Origin: an uncultured Bacteriovoracaceae bacterium
GTDB taxonomy: Bacteria > Bdellovibrionota > Bacteriovoracia > Bacteriovoracales > Bacteriovoracaceae
Direction of reading: 5' to 3'
Assembly: GCA_964012805.1 (NCBI GenBank)
Contig: CAXGUD010000056.1
Span: 1-21,908, forward strand
Length of the DNA stretch: 21,908 nucleotides
Position numbers and translations under genes: made by a program. Positions 9,588 to 17,609 of the stretch are shown here, piece by piece. Below the pieces are notes generated by a model, which saw only the letters and a list, made by a program, of their open reading frames with translations, was not told the DNA's origin and searched no databases. Position 1 is the stretch's first letter. Every line of letters begins with the position of its first letter.

Positions 9588-10024
9588 TGAGACCTTAAAG
9601 AAGACGGAAACTCGCTTTTTATAACTTCAATGCCTGTTTTTTGAAGTATTTCAACACCTGTTTTTAAACGATAGGGGTGAAAGTAATAGACTTTTTTAAT
9701 TCCACCTTTATTAACCATCCTTTTAGCACAATACGAGCAAGGTTGATGGGTAACAAATGCAATTTTTGGGACCTCTGGCCCTCCATTCGTTTTCAAAAGA
9801 GCGTTGTCCTCTGCGTGTAAGCAACCGCAGTTACCAGGTGCATTACTATCACAGTGGTTTCCCAACCCCGCAGCATTACCATTATAACCTATTCCATAAA
9901 CCCGAGAAAAGTCTTCAGAAACAATAACAGCACCAACGTTGAGCCTTGAACAGGTGGATCTCTTGGATAACTCAAATGCAAGATTCATATAAATTTCTTC
10001 AAAAGATATTCGTTCACTTTCCAT
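9584..10024 (-). CDS. dCMP deaminase / ComEB-like zinc-dependent deaminase
   Basis: 146 aa from ATG 10024 (GAGGT RBS): RSTC..VGAVIV, GYNG, HAEDNA, PCSYC (HxE and PCxxC zinc motifs). The first 156 aa of the 302-aa track ORF is an upstream extension, largely antisense to the response regulator. Confidence 0.9.
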   Translation of the reverse strand: MESERISFEEIYMNLAFELSKRSTCSRLNVGAVIVSEDFSRVYGIGYNGNAAGLGNHCDSNAPGNCGCLHAEDNALLKTNGGPEVPKIAFVTHQPCSYCAKRMVNKGGIKKVYYFHPYRLKTGVEILQKTGIEVIKSEFPSSLRSH

Positions 10025-10136
10025 AAAGACCTCGAATAACAAATTTTTAAAAAAGCTGGTGAGCTTTTGACTTTTTTTAGATAAACTTAGAAGGATCTGA
10101 CAATAGAATAAATAGGGAGTTTTATCAAAAATTTTT

Positions 10137-10535
10137 ATGGAAGATAATGAAAGAGAAACTCTAAAAATTGTCGTTGTAGAGGACTCCAACTTAGCTCGAA
10201 AAGCAATCATTGACACGCTAGAGCAAGAAGGATTCGAGGTTGTAGGTGAGGCACCAAGTGCAGAGGAAGCCATGACACTTTTACAAAGTTCAGGCTGTAA
10301 TTGTCTCATCATTGATATTGTAATGCCTGAAATTAGCGGTATCGAATTAGCGCAAGCTTTAAACGAGCTTAAAAACAAAGTCACAATTATTATGATGTCA
10401 TCACTAAAACAAGAAGATATTATAATCGAATCAATAGCAGTGGGTGCCGTTGACTTTTTGCAAAAGCCATTTGAAAAAGAAACACTTATCAAGTCAGTTA
10501 AAAAAGCTGAGCAAGACTTGGAAATTAGAAGCTAA
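10137..10535 (+). CDS. Single-domain response regulator (CheY-like receiver)
   Basis: IVVVEDS acidic pocket, phospho-acceptor in IIDIVMP, MMSS, conserved KPF; no output domain. Confidence 0.93.
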   Translation: MEDNERETLKIVVVEDSNLARKAIIDTLEQEGFEVVGEAPSAEEAMTLLQSSGCNCLIIDIVMPEISGIELAQALNELKNKVTIIMMSSLKQEDIIIESIAVGAVDFLQKPFEKETLIKSVKKAEQDLEIRS

Positions 10536-10554
10536 AACAAACAGAGAAATATTC

Positions 10555-10863
10555 ATGATCTTCCTTGTAAAAGTAACTTTCTATTTTTTCGTTAGTTTTT
10601 TCCTACTCTGTGTTCCTATAAATAAATCTCCCTTATTCTTCCATCTCTATAGGTTAGGAGGTAAATATGTTGAACAAGGTATATCAGAGATACAAAAAGA
10701 GGTTGTTGCAAAAGTTCAAGAAGGAACAAACCTTGGTAAAAAATTTTTTAATGGTTCACTACCTAGCCTCTCTACAGATACTAAAAGCTTACAAATAGAA
10801 AAGAATAAAGACCATTATACTGATCAAGAAAGAGAATTACTGAAAAGAGTTTTTAATAACTAA
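10555..10863 (+). CDS. Hypothetical protein with N-terminal membrane anchor or signal (102 aa)
   Basis: ATG 10555 lies 19 nt after the response regulator stop; MIFLVKVTFYFFVSFFLLCVP is hydrophobic and followed by a polar domain. The track start at 10444 overlaps the upstream gene and is unlikely. Confidence 0.7.
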   Translation: MIFLVKVTFYFFVSFFLLCVPINKSPLFFHLYRLGGKYVEQGISEIQKEVVAKVQEGTNLGKKFFNGSLPSLSTDTKSLQIEKNKDHYTDQERELLKRVFNN

Positions 10864-10871
10864 AAATCTAA

Positions 10872-12260
10872 TTATCCAAAAAGCTTCCAAACCCACCTTA
10901 CAATAGAAAGGTTTTTAAAATCAGGGGCATACCTAAATGGAGCATTAACCCAGTCTAAAAGCTGGAATCTTCTAACAATAGACTTTTTGTTGGAAAAAGT
11001 GTCAAAGCTAGTTCTTCCATGATATCGATTAACTCCACTCTCACCAAAACCGCCAAAAGGTAGATCCGAAGAGGCTAATTGAATGGCATTATCATTAAAA
11101 CAAATGGATCCCGATTGGGTATCACTTTGGATTCTTTGGCGTAAATGACTGTTTTTAGAGAATAAGTAAACAGCTAATGGCTTTGGTAGAGAATTGATAA
11201 TAGAAATACAGTCCTCAAAACTTTCTACCTCCAATATCGGTAAAATAGGACCAAATATTTCTTCGCTCATAACTTTGGAAGATGTATTGGCTTCAACAAT
11301 AGTAGGTGATATATAAAGAGCATCTTCATTGCTTTTTCCACCATACAAGATCTCTTCTTCTGAAAATAAGTTCATAATTCTTTGGAAGTTTCTTTTATTA
11401 ATAATTTTTCCATAGAATTCGCTAACCGCTGGATCTTTACCATAAAATTCTTCTATATAATGGATTATCTTACCGATAAGTTTCTTTTTTATATTCTTTT
11501 CAACTAGGATATAATCTGGTGCTACACAAGTTTGGCCAGTATTCAAATACTTTCCCCATACTATTCTCTTTGCCGTCAGATCAATATCATTTTCTCCAAA
11601 AATTACACAAGGGCACTTTCCGCCAAGCTCAAGAGTGACAGGAGTTAAAAATTTCGCGGCTTTTGCAGCAACAATCTTCCCAACAGAAGTGCTACCGGTG
11701 AAAAATATATGATTAAATTTTTGCTCTAAAATGAATTGGGTTACCTCTACACCACCATTAATAACTGCGATTTCCTCAATTTTAAAAGTTTCTTCAATAA
11801 TTTTCTTTATTACCTCAGCCGATCTAGATGATACCTCTGAAGGCTTCACAATAACGGTATTACCTGCGGCTATTGCACCAACAAGAGGAATAAAGATAAG
11901 ATGAAAGGGATAATTCCAAGGTCCTATAATAAGGACTTGTCCAACTGGCTCACTAACGATAGAGCTCACCGAAGGAAAAAGCATTATAGGAGTTGATATC
12001 CTAACAGGTCTCATCCACTTCTTTAATCTTTTGATACCTTTAGTAATTTCATGGATAATATACCCAGTTTCAGCAAGATATGATTGGTAAGGAGATTTTT
12101 TTAAATCTTCGTTCAATGCTTCACCAATGAGAGTTTCATTTCTTACAACCGCCTCCTTCAAGTTTTTCAACTTTTTAAGGCGAACTTCATAGGGATATGT
12201 CTGCTTGCTGTCAAAAAATTTCTTTTGCTTTTCTATAATTTGCAAAATTTCATCTTCCAT
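10872..12260 (-). CDS. Aldehyde dehydrogenase, class-3 / fatty- or aromatic-aldehyde type
   Basis: PWNYP, KPSE, FTGSTSVG, LELGGK, GQTCVAPDY (catalytic Cys), EEIFGP, PFGG. ATG 12260 has a GGAG RBS; alternative start 12272. Confidence 0.95.
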   Translation of the reverse strand: MEDEILQIIEKQKKFFDSKQTYPYEVRLKKLKNLKEAVVRNETLIGEALNEDLKKSPYQSYLAETGYIIHEITKGIKRLKKWMRPVRISTPIMLFPSVSSIVSEPVGQVLIIGPWNYPFHLIFIPLVGAIAAGNTVIVKPSEVSSRSAEVIKKIIEETFKIEEIAVINGGVEVTQFILEQKFNHIFFTGSTSVGKIVAAKAAKFLTPVTLELGGKCPCVIFGENDIDLTAKRIVWGKYLNTGQTCVAPDYILVEKNIKKKLIGKIIHYIEEFYGKDPAVSEFYGKIINKRNFQRIMNLFSEEEILYGGKSNEDALYISPTIVEANTSSKVMSEEIFGPILPILEVESFEDCISIINSLPKPLAVYLFSKNSHLRQRIQSDTQSGSICFNDNAIQLASSDLPFGGFGESGVNRYHGRTSFDTFSNKKSIVRRFQLLDWVNAPFRYAPDFKNLSIVRWVWKLFG

Positions 12261-12353
12261 GGAAGGCTCCATTCAGAAAATTTTAAATAAAGAATTACAA
12301 TAAATGGCAAATTGGAAAAAGTCTTTAATGTAGTGAATTAAATTAAAAAAAAC

Positions 12354-12581
12354 TTACTTAGACTTGGTTTCGGTAGTGCCAGATGAATCTTCTGCCTCTA
12401 AGTCCTCTAAATCTAGTTTTATATCCAATAGCTCTGACCTGCTTTGATCTGGCAAAGTAGCAATACACTCTCCCTTTAAATCTTCTCCTAACTCATTTTG
12501 AACTCCAAAAGAAGCGGAAGAAAGAAAAAAAGTGAAAAAAATGAAAGTATACTTTTTTAAATTTAATTTTTTAAAAATCAT
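12354..12581 (-). CDS. Small secreted acidic peptide 2 (75 aa), Bd0108/Hit-like candidate
   Basis: ATG 12581 with AAAGG RBS, 13 nt after the upstream stop. Sec-type signal MIFKKLNLKKYTFIFFTFFLSSASFG, then VQNELGEDLKGECIATLPDQSRS...EDSSGTTETKSK. Confidence 0.75.
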   Translation of the reverse strand: MIFKKLNLKKYTFIFFTFFLSSASFGVQNELGEDLKGECIATLPDQSRSELLDIKLDLEDLEAEDSSGTTETKSK

Positions 12582-12594
12582 TTTAAACCTTTGC

Positions 12595-12819
12595 CTAAGT
12601 ACTCCGACTACCGGATGATGATGAGTCACTATCTGACTCATCCTCATTCACTTCCTTAGCACCCCTTGATGAGTCATTTATACATTCACAATTATTAGTA
12701 GGACAGCCATCATTAATTTCCTCACCACTTTCTAAATCTTCTGCAAGAATTGGAACCTGTAAACTTACCAGAAGTATAAAATATAAAAAAATTAGCTTAA
12801 TCATATTAATAAAAGTCAT
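12595..12819 (-). CDS. Small secreted acidic peptide 1 (74 aa), Bd0108/Hit-like candidate
   Basis: AGGA RBS, starts 8 nt after the RHS gene stop. Signal peptide ending VPILA, then EDLESGEEINDGCPTNNCECINDSSRG...DSDSSSSGSRST. Confidence 0.8.
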   Translation of the reverse strand: MTFINMIKLIFLYFILLVSLQVPILAEDLESGEEINDGCPTNNCECINDSSRGAKEVNEDESDSDSSSSGSRST

Positions 12820-12827
12820 TTTTAATC

Positions 12828-14495
12828 CTAGTTTCCTAGCGTCACACCCGCTGGCCTAATAATTCCCAAAAGAGCCTGGAATGCTGAGGTTACCTGAGCT
12901 GCTATCCGAGAACCAGCGCTTGATTTAACTCTCTTTATATTTCCATAATTATCATAAGTAACATTTATTTTACCAACTTTGCTCATAGCAATTTCAATCG
13001 GCTTTCCTATGGAATTATATTTAAAGGAAAGAGAGCGCTTCTCTTTACTTTCTTTTTTAAAATCCACCATTTTACCAATTCGCCCTTTCCTATCATAAAT
13101 AAGGAGCACACTATTCCCATCTTTATCGAGAGCTTGGGCCAACTTACCTTGTTTATTATACTTAAATCTTGTCGTTCCATCATTTGTTGAAACTTTGGTT
13201 ATCTTGTTAAATTTTTTGTGGTAATCAAGCTTTACAAATTCCCCATCAGATGTTTCTTTTTGAACCAAAAGACCATTTTCGTTATATTTAAAAGAAGTGA
13301 CGTCTTTTTTAGTTTCATCATTAAAGGAAATACTTTTCTCGACCTTTAACGGAAGAGAACAGCAATCATTGTAAGTAGTTTCGGTTTTTACTCCATTTTC
13401 AGAAGTAATTGTTCTATAAGTGTAGGATGATCCATCTTTCCTTCTTCTTAACTCATATTCAAAACGATTTATTTTTTTAACATTTTCTGCATTTTCATTT
13501 TTTACAACGGTCCAATAATGGAGGTCCTTATTTTTTGGGTTGCTACCATATTCATATTCAGTACGAGAACCGTCTCTTCCTATAATTTTTTTAACAAAGC
13601 CCGTACCTTCTTCGTACTCAATAAGCCTTGTCGATTTATCAGAATAAGTAATTTGCAACATATTTTTCTTATCATCATATTTGTGTTTATAAGTATTTCC
13701 TCCTACATCAGTTGCCTCAATCAAATTACCCTTTTCATATTTATACAAAGATTTTCTTTTCCCAATGGAAGAAATACTTTTTACGTTTCCGCTTCCATAC
13801 CATTTGAAAAAAATCTGCTTTGCATCGGAATCTTTAATTGAATCTAATTTATTATTTTTATATTTAAATCTAATAGAATAACCATTACTGTGCGAAATTT
13901 TAATTAGTTTGCCACTTTGATCAAAGTCTTCTCTATTACCATTTGTAAACAAACGAGCATATCCTTTCTTTAATTTAACTACTTTTTGCAATCCCCTTTT
14001 TACAGAGTAAAGCTCAGTACCTTCCCTTAATTTAACTTTAACAAGATATTTCTCACCAAACTTTCTTCTTTTTTCTTCATTATTGGTGAGCTCTTTTTTC
14101 AAATTTTCCCCATAAGAATCATCGATTGACTGCCCCTCCTTTTCCATGGCTTTTATTATCCTTGAAACAGCGTCGTCAATATTTAAATCTTCTTTGGGAG
14201 TGAACCTTGTCACAGCACCTGAGCCATATTCTCTTATAACTACAGAACCATCAGCCGACACACTCAAACTTGTTTCAAAGTTACTTCCCCAACCATAACC
14301 AAACCAACCTCTTTTGGCAGACTTTGAGTTATACGTTCTAGTTATCTTTAAGTTTTTTCCTCCACCTGGAACAACAACATCAGTATAGGAAACATAAAAG
14401 TTTCCATTTTTTAAATTCACTCCTCCCCAAAGAGAGAAGGAAAAAAATGTAAAAATATTTAAAACGAATAGAAGCATACTTTTTAAATTACTCAT
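12828..14495 (-). CDS. Secreted RHS/YD-repeat protein (Bd0109-like), no C-terminal toxin
   Basis: Signal peptide; DUF6531-like start (VNLKNGNF..TD....LKITRTYNS...GWFGYGW); many YD-type repeats (YDDKKN, YNENG, YNKQG, YDRKG, YDNYG); no PxxxxDPxG motif; TAAGGA RBS. Confidence 0.9.
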   Translation of the reverse strand: MSNLKSMLLFVLNIFTFFSFSLWGGVNLKNGNFYVSYTDVVVPGGGKNLKITRTYNSKSAKRGWFGYGWGSNFETSLSVSADGSVVIREYGSGAVTRFTPKEDLNIDDAVSRIIKAMEKEGQSIDDSYGENLKKELTNNEEKRRKFGEKYLVKVKLREGTELYSVKRGLQKVVKLKKGYARLFTNGNREDFDQSGKLIKISHSNGYSIRFKYKNNKLDSIKDSDAKQIFFKWYGSGNVKSISSIGKRKSLYKYEKGNLIEATDVGGNTYKHKYDDKKNMLQITYSDKSTRLIEYEEGTGFVKKIIGRDGSRTEYEYGSNPKNKDLHYWTVVKNENAENVKKINRFEYELRRRKDGSSYTYRTITSENGVKTETTYNDCCSLPLKVEKSISFNDETKKDVTSFKYNENGLLVQKETSDGEFVKLDYHKKFNKITKVSTNDGTTRFKYNKQGKLAQALDKDGNSVLLIYDRKGRIGKMVDFKKESKEKRSLSFKYNSIGKPIEIAMSKVGKINVTYDNYGNIKRVKSSAGSRIAAQVTSAFQALLGIIRPAGVTLGN

Positions 14496-14526
14496 AAGAC
14501 TTTCCTTATTTATCCATACTCAGTAA

Positions 14527-14554
14527 TTTTCGGGATTTAATGGCCAAAACTTTA
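14527..14554 (-). promoter_or_regulatory. Candidate sigma-28 (FliA) promoter for the RHS + peptide genes
   Basis: Minus strand TAAAGTTT-N12-CCCGAAAA: 8/8 to the extended -35 and 6/8 to GCCGATAA, ending 31 nt before the ATG. Confidence 0.6.
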
Positions 14555-14602
14555 ATAAAGAAGAATCATTGATAATTATTTTAAAATAGAAAAAAAACTT
14601 AT

Positions 14603-15493
14603 TTATGTTTTAATTTTTACAATTTTTAAAATTACAAATAAACCTAAGGCATCTAAGCCAAGAACTAAAATTAAAGCGATATTACCAATGATCGTTGTAA
14701 AAAGAGGCGTCATAGAATCTGGGTCAGAAATATAGTAGATCCCACCTATAGCAAATGGCATTGCTGCGATTGTATAACCTTGAAACTTTCCCTGGGCAGT
14801 ATATTGATCAACCTTTTGCTGAACTCTGATTCTCTCTCTAATGACTCCAACAATTGTATCAAAAGTCTCCGCTAAGTTACCACCTGTCTCTCTTAAAATA
14901 TTAACACCCGAAACAAACATATCATTATCTTCAGTCGGAACCCTTTTGACTAAATTATCAAAACACTCCTCTAAAGGGACACCCAATTTATTTTGTTGGA
15001 GCATTAAGTTGAATTCTTGTGAAATAGGAGCTGGCATTTCATCAACAACCATGCCGACAGCTTGAGGCATGGATAAACCGGCCCTAATACCATTTGAAAG
15101 CAGAGTCAGTGCGTCAACCATTTGATCACTGTAAGCCTTAATTTTTCTCTCGACGAGCATATCAACAAATGGTTTAGGGATTTTAAATCCAATAAACGAT
15201 AATATTATAGCAAAAAAAACACCCATTCCCCAATTCCCCATAAGTCCAAACAGGGTAAGGGTAACTAACGCTAACCCTATTGAAAGGGAGAGAAGCACAT
15301 AAGTTATATGATCATCTTCAGCCTCTATAAAAAGAAGATCAAATTTTTCTTGAATATAATTTCTTGTACCCAGAGTTTGATTTTCAATCCAAGTAAAAAT
15401 TTTGTTCGAGTTTCTAAAAACATAAACAAATATTAATAATCCAACTCCAAAAATAACGTTTGTTTTTGTAAAAAGGCTAGCGCTATTTTCCAT
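14603..15493 (-). CDS. tadB: Tad pilus inner-membrane platform protein TadB (T2SS-F family)
   Basis: DALTLLSNGIRAGLSMPQA, PISQEF, ETGGNLAETFD, RERIR; multiple TM helices; follows cpaF; AGGAG RBS. Confidence 0.9.
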   Translation of the reverse strand: MENSASLFTKTNVIFGVGLLIFVYVFRNSNKIFTWIENQTLGTRNYIQEKFDLLFIEAEDDHITYVLLSLSIGLALVTLTLFGLMGNWGMGVFFAIILSFIGFKIPKPFVDMLVERKIKAYSDQMVDALTLLSNGIRAGLSMPQAVGMVVDEMPAPISQEFNLMLQQNKLGVPLEECFDNLVKRVPTEDNDMFVSGVNILRETGGNLAETFDTIVGVIRERIRVQQKVDQYTAQGKFQGYTIAAMPFAIGGIYYISDPDSMTPLFTTIIGNIALILVLGLDALGLFVILKIVKIKT

Positions 15494-15505
15494 GTTAGAA
15501 ATCTC

Positions 15506-17608
15506 CTATTTATTTTTAAAGATTCCTCTAGGAATGTTGTATCCCTTTTTTTCTAGTGTCTCTATAAACTTGGGTATAAAGCCTGATGCCTGGAATTTAC
15601 CAAGAATCTTTCCGTTTTTATCAATGCCTTCTTGTTTAAAATTAAATATATCTTGCAAAGTAACGACATCACCCTGCATTCCACCTACTTCTGTAATAAA
15701 CATAACTTTTCTGGACCCATCATCCAAACGCGACTGCTGGATAATTAAGTGAACCGCTTTAGAAATCATTTCTCTTATCGCCTTAGCACTTAATCCTGCT
15801 CCAGCATACTGGACTAAAACTTCTATTCTACCAATACATTCTCTAGGATTGTTAGAGTGAACTGTAGTCATAGAACCATCATGGCCAGTTCCCATTGCTT
15901 GCAACATATCTAGAGTTTCGCCACCTCGACACTCACCTACAACAATCCTATCTGGCCTCATCCTCAAAGTCTGCTTAACAAGGCAACGAATATCAATCTC
16001 ACCTTCTCCTTCGAGCGAGGGTGGCCTCGTTTCAAGTCTTACAATATGCTCTTGTGGAAAATCTAATTCAGCAGAGTCTTCACAGGTTATAATTCTTTCA
16101 TTGGCTTGGATAAAAGAACCTAAAACATTTATTAGAGATGTCTTACCAGATCCAGTTCCACCACTAACAACAATATTCCGATGAGCCTCAACTCCAATTC
16201 TTAAAAAGTCGGCCATTTCTTGTGTCATTGATCCAAACTTTATTAGATCTTTATAAGTCAACCTAGATTCAGGAAATTTTCTTATTGTAATTGCAGCGCC
16301 ATCAATAGCAGATGGTGGAATTATAGCATGAACCCTAGAGCCATCAGCTAATCTTGCATCCACATATGGTGTTTTTTCATCAATTCGCCTTCCAATAGGT
16401 GCAACAATCCTTTCTATAACATTTACCACTTGTCTATTATTTGTAAAAATAGTCTCAGATAATTTTAATTTTCCACTTTTTTCATAATAAATTTTCTTAG
16501 GACCAACTACCATTATTTCTGATACTGCTTTATCCGATAAAAGATCTTCTAAAGGTCCTAAACCTAGAGCTTCATCTAAAATCTCTTTGACAATCTTATT
16601 CATATCATCTCGAGTATTAAGAATACCTTTTGTGTCCTCTTTTCCTAAAAGCTCTACTACTAACTTTTTAGTTTTTTCCCTTAAAATAATTTTTGCTTTG
16701 GGATCATTTTCATCTGACTTATTTATATCCATTTCTTCAACGAGGGATTTATGAATACGACTTTTTAAATCTATCCATTTTTCCTTTTCTTTCTCAGCTC
16801 CTTTTTCACCCTTACCAGAAGTCTTTTTTTCAACTTCACTAGGCTTATTAAGCTTGGCAAGAACTTTCAAAACATTTTTTTGAGTTATTTTTCTAACGAC
16901 TTCAACAATGCCTTTAGCAAAAGCACTATTCTTACCAATAACCATAACTGGTTTTTTAGAACTCAATGCCAAGGTGCATGCTTGATCATCTTTTTGAATA
17001 TTCGCAAAAACAGGCTTTCCTAAAGTTTTTCCAACAATTTCGGGTGACACAGGATGACCTTTAACCATCTGATTTAAAATAATTTGAATCATGTCCTTAG
17101 GAAACATCATTGATACAAGATCAGAATAAAGCCTCTTTGTTTGATTTAAAGCAAGAATATCCGGTGTAACCACTAGAAAAATTAACGTTGAAAACTCTAA
17201 AGCCTTAAGTGTTAATTCATTTAATTCACTTCCACAATCAATTATTGTAATTGGAAAAACACTAGTTATATTTTTTAATGTTTTTCCCATTCCTTCAACA
17301 TTTATGTTTTCTGATTCCATTGGATCAGTAGGCATACCGATATAACTAACATTTTGTGGATGCATAGCTATGAATTGCTGAATTGACCTGGCATCTAATG
17401 TTCCTGAGAATTCTGATAAATCCTTAATGGTTTTTTTCGACTTCAAGCCAGTTAAGAAGTTTTGATCACCACTAGCTTTTTGATCAAAGTCTAAAAGAAG
17501 AACCTTATTTCTAATTTCAGCTGCGAAGGAAAAAGATAAATTAGTTGATACTTGACTTTTACCAACTCCACCTTTTCCCCCAAGCACTGAAATTATGTAT
17601 CCGGCCAA
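15506..17608 (-). CDS. cpaF: Fused CpaE/TadZ (MinD/ParA-like) - CpaF/TadA pilus assembly ATPase
   Basis: N-terminal ~245 aa: GGKGGVGKS, LLLDFD, IIDCG. C-terminal: GLGPLEDLL, VDARLADGSRV, Walker A GGTGSGKTS, EDSAEL, LRMRPDRIVVGECRG, His-box TGHDGSMTTVH. One continuous frame, TTG start. Confidence 0.93.
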   Translation of the reverse strand: MAGYIISVLGGKGGVGKSQVSTNLSFSFAAEIRNKVLLLDFDQKASGDQNFLTGLKSKKTIKDLSEFSGTLDARSIQQFIAMHPQNVSYIGMPTDPMESENINVEGMGKTLKNITSVFPITIIDCGSELNELTLKALEFSTLIFLVVTPDILALNQTKRLYSDLVSMMFPKDMIQIILNQMVKGHPVSPEIVGKTLGKPVFANIQKDDQACTLALSSKKPVMVIGKNSAFAKGIVEVVRKITQKNVLKVLAKLNKPSEVEKKTSGKGEKGAEKEKEKWIDLKSRIHKSLVEEMDINKSDENDPKAKIILREKTKKLVVELLGKEDTKGILNTRDDMNKIVKEILDEALGLGPLEDLLSDKAVSEIMVVGPKKIYYEKSGKLKLSETIFTNNRQVVNVIERIVAPIGRRIDEKTPYVDARLADGSRVHAIIPPSAIDGAAITIRKFPESRLTYKDLIKFGSMTQEMADFLRIGVEAHRNIVVSGGTGSGKTSLINVLGSFIQANERIITCEDSAELDFPQEHIVRLETRPPSLEGEGEIDIRCLVKQTLRMRPDRIVVGECRGGETLDMLQAMGTGHDGSMTTVHSNNPRECIGRIEVLVQYAGAGLSAKAIREMISKAVHLIIQQSRLDDGSRKVMFITEVGGMQGDVVTLQDIFNFKQEGIDKNGKILGKFQASGFIPKFIETLEKKGYNIPRGIFKNK

Positions 17609-17609
17609 A

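Noticed and set aside
9584..10024. ComEB plus pilus as a competence locus
   Set aside because: No comEA, comEC or dprA here; the deaminase is adequately explained by nucleotide metabolism
10025..10492. N-terminal 156 aa of the 302-aa ORF, suggesting a fused deaminase
   Set aside because: It is mostly the antisense shadow of the response regulator; the deaminase has its own RBS and ATG at 10024
12301..12327. TAAAGACT-N11-GCCATTTA upstream of the ALDH gene
   Set aside because: The -10 lacks the CGA core expected for sigma-28
12582..12647. Longer 97-aa version of peptide 2
   Set aside because: Overlaps peptide 1 and buries the signal peptide; ATG 12581 has a good RBS
12354..14495. Rhs toxin-immunity pair, or RiPP precursor peptides
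   Set aside because: The RHS protein lacks the DPxG cleavage motif and toxin tip; the peptides look disordered rather than like folded immunity proteins; no RiPP modifying enzymes or transporter in the window
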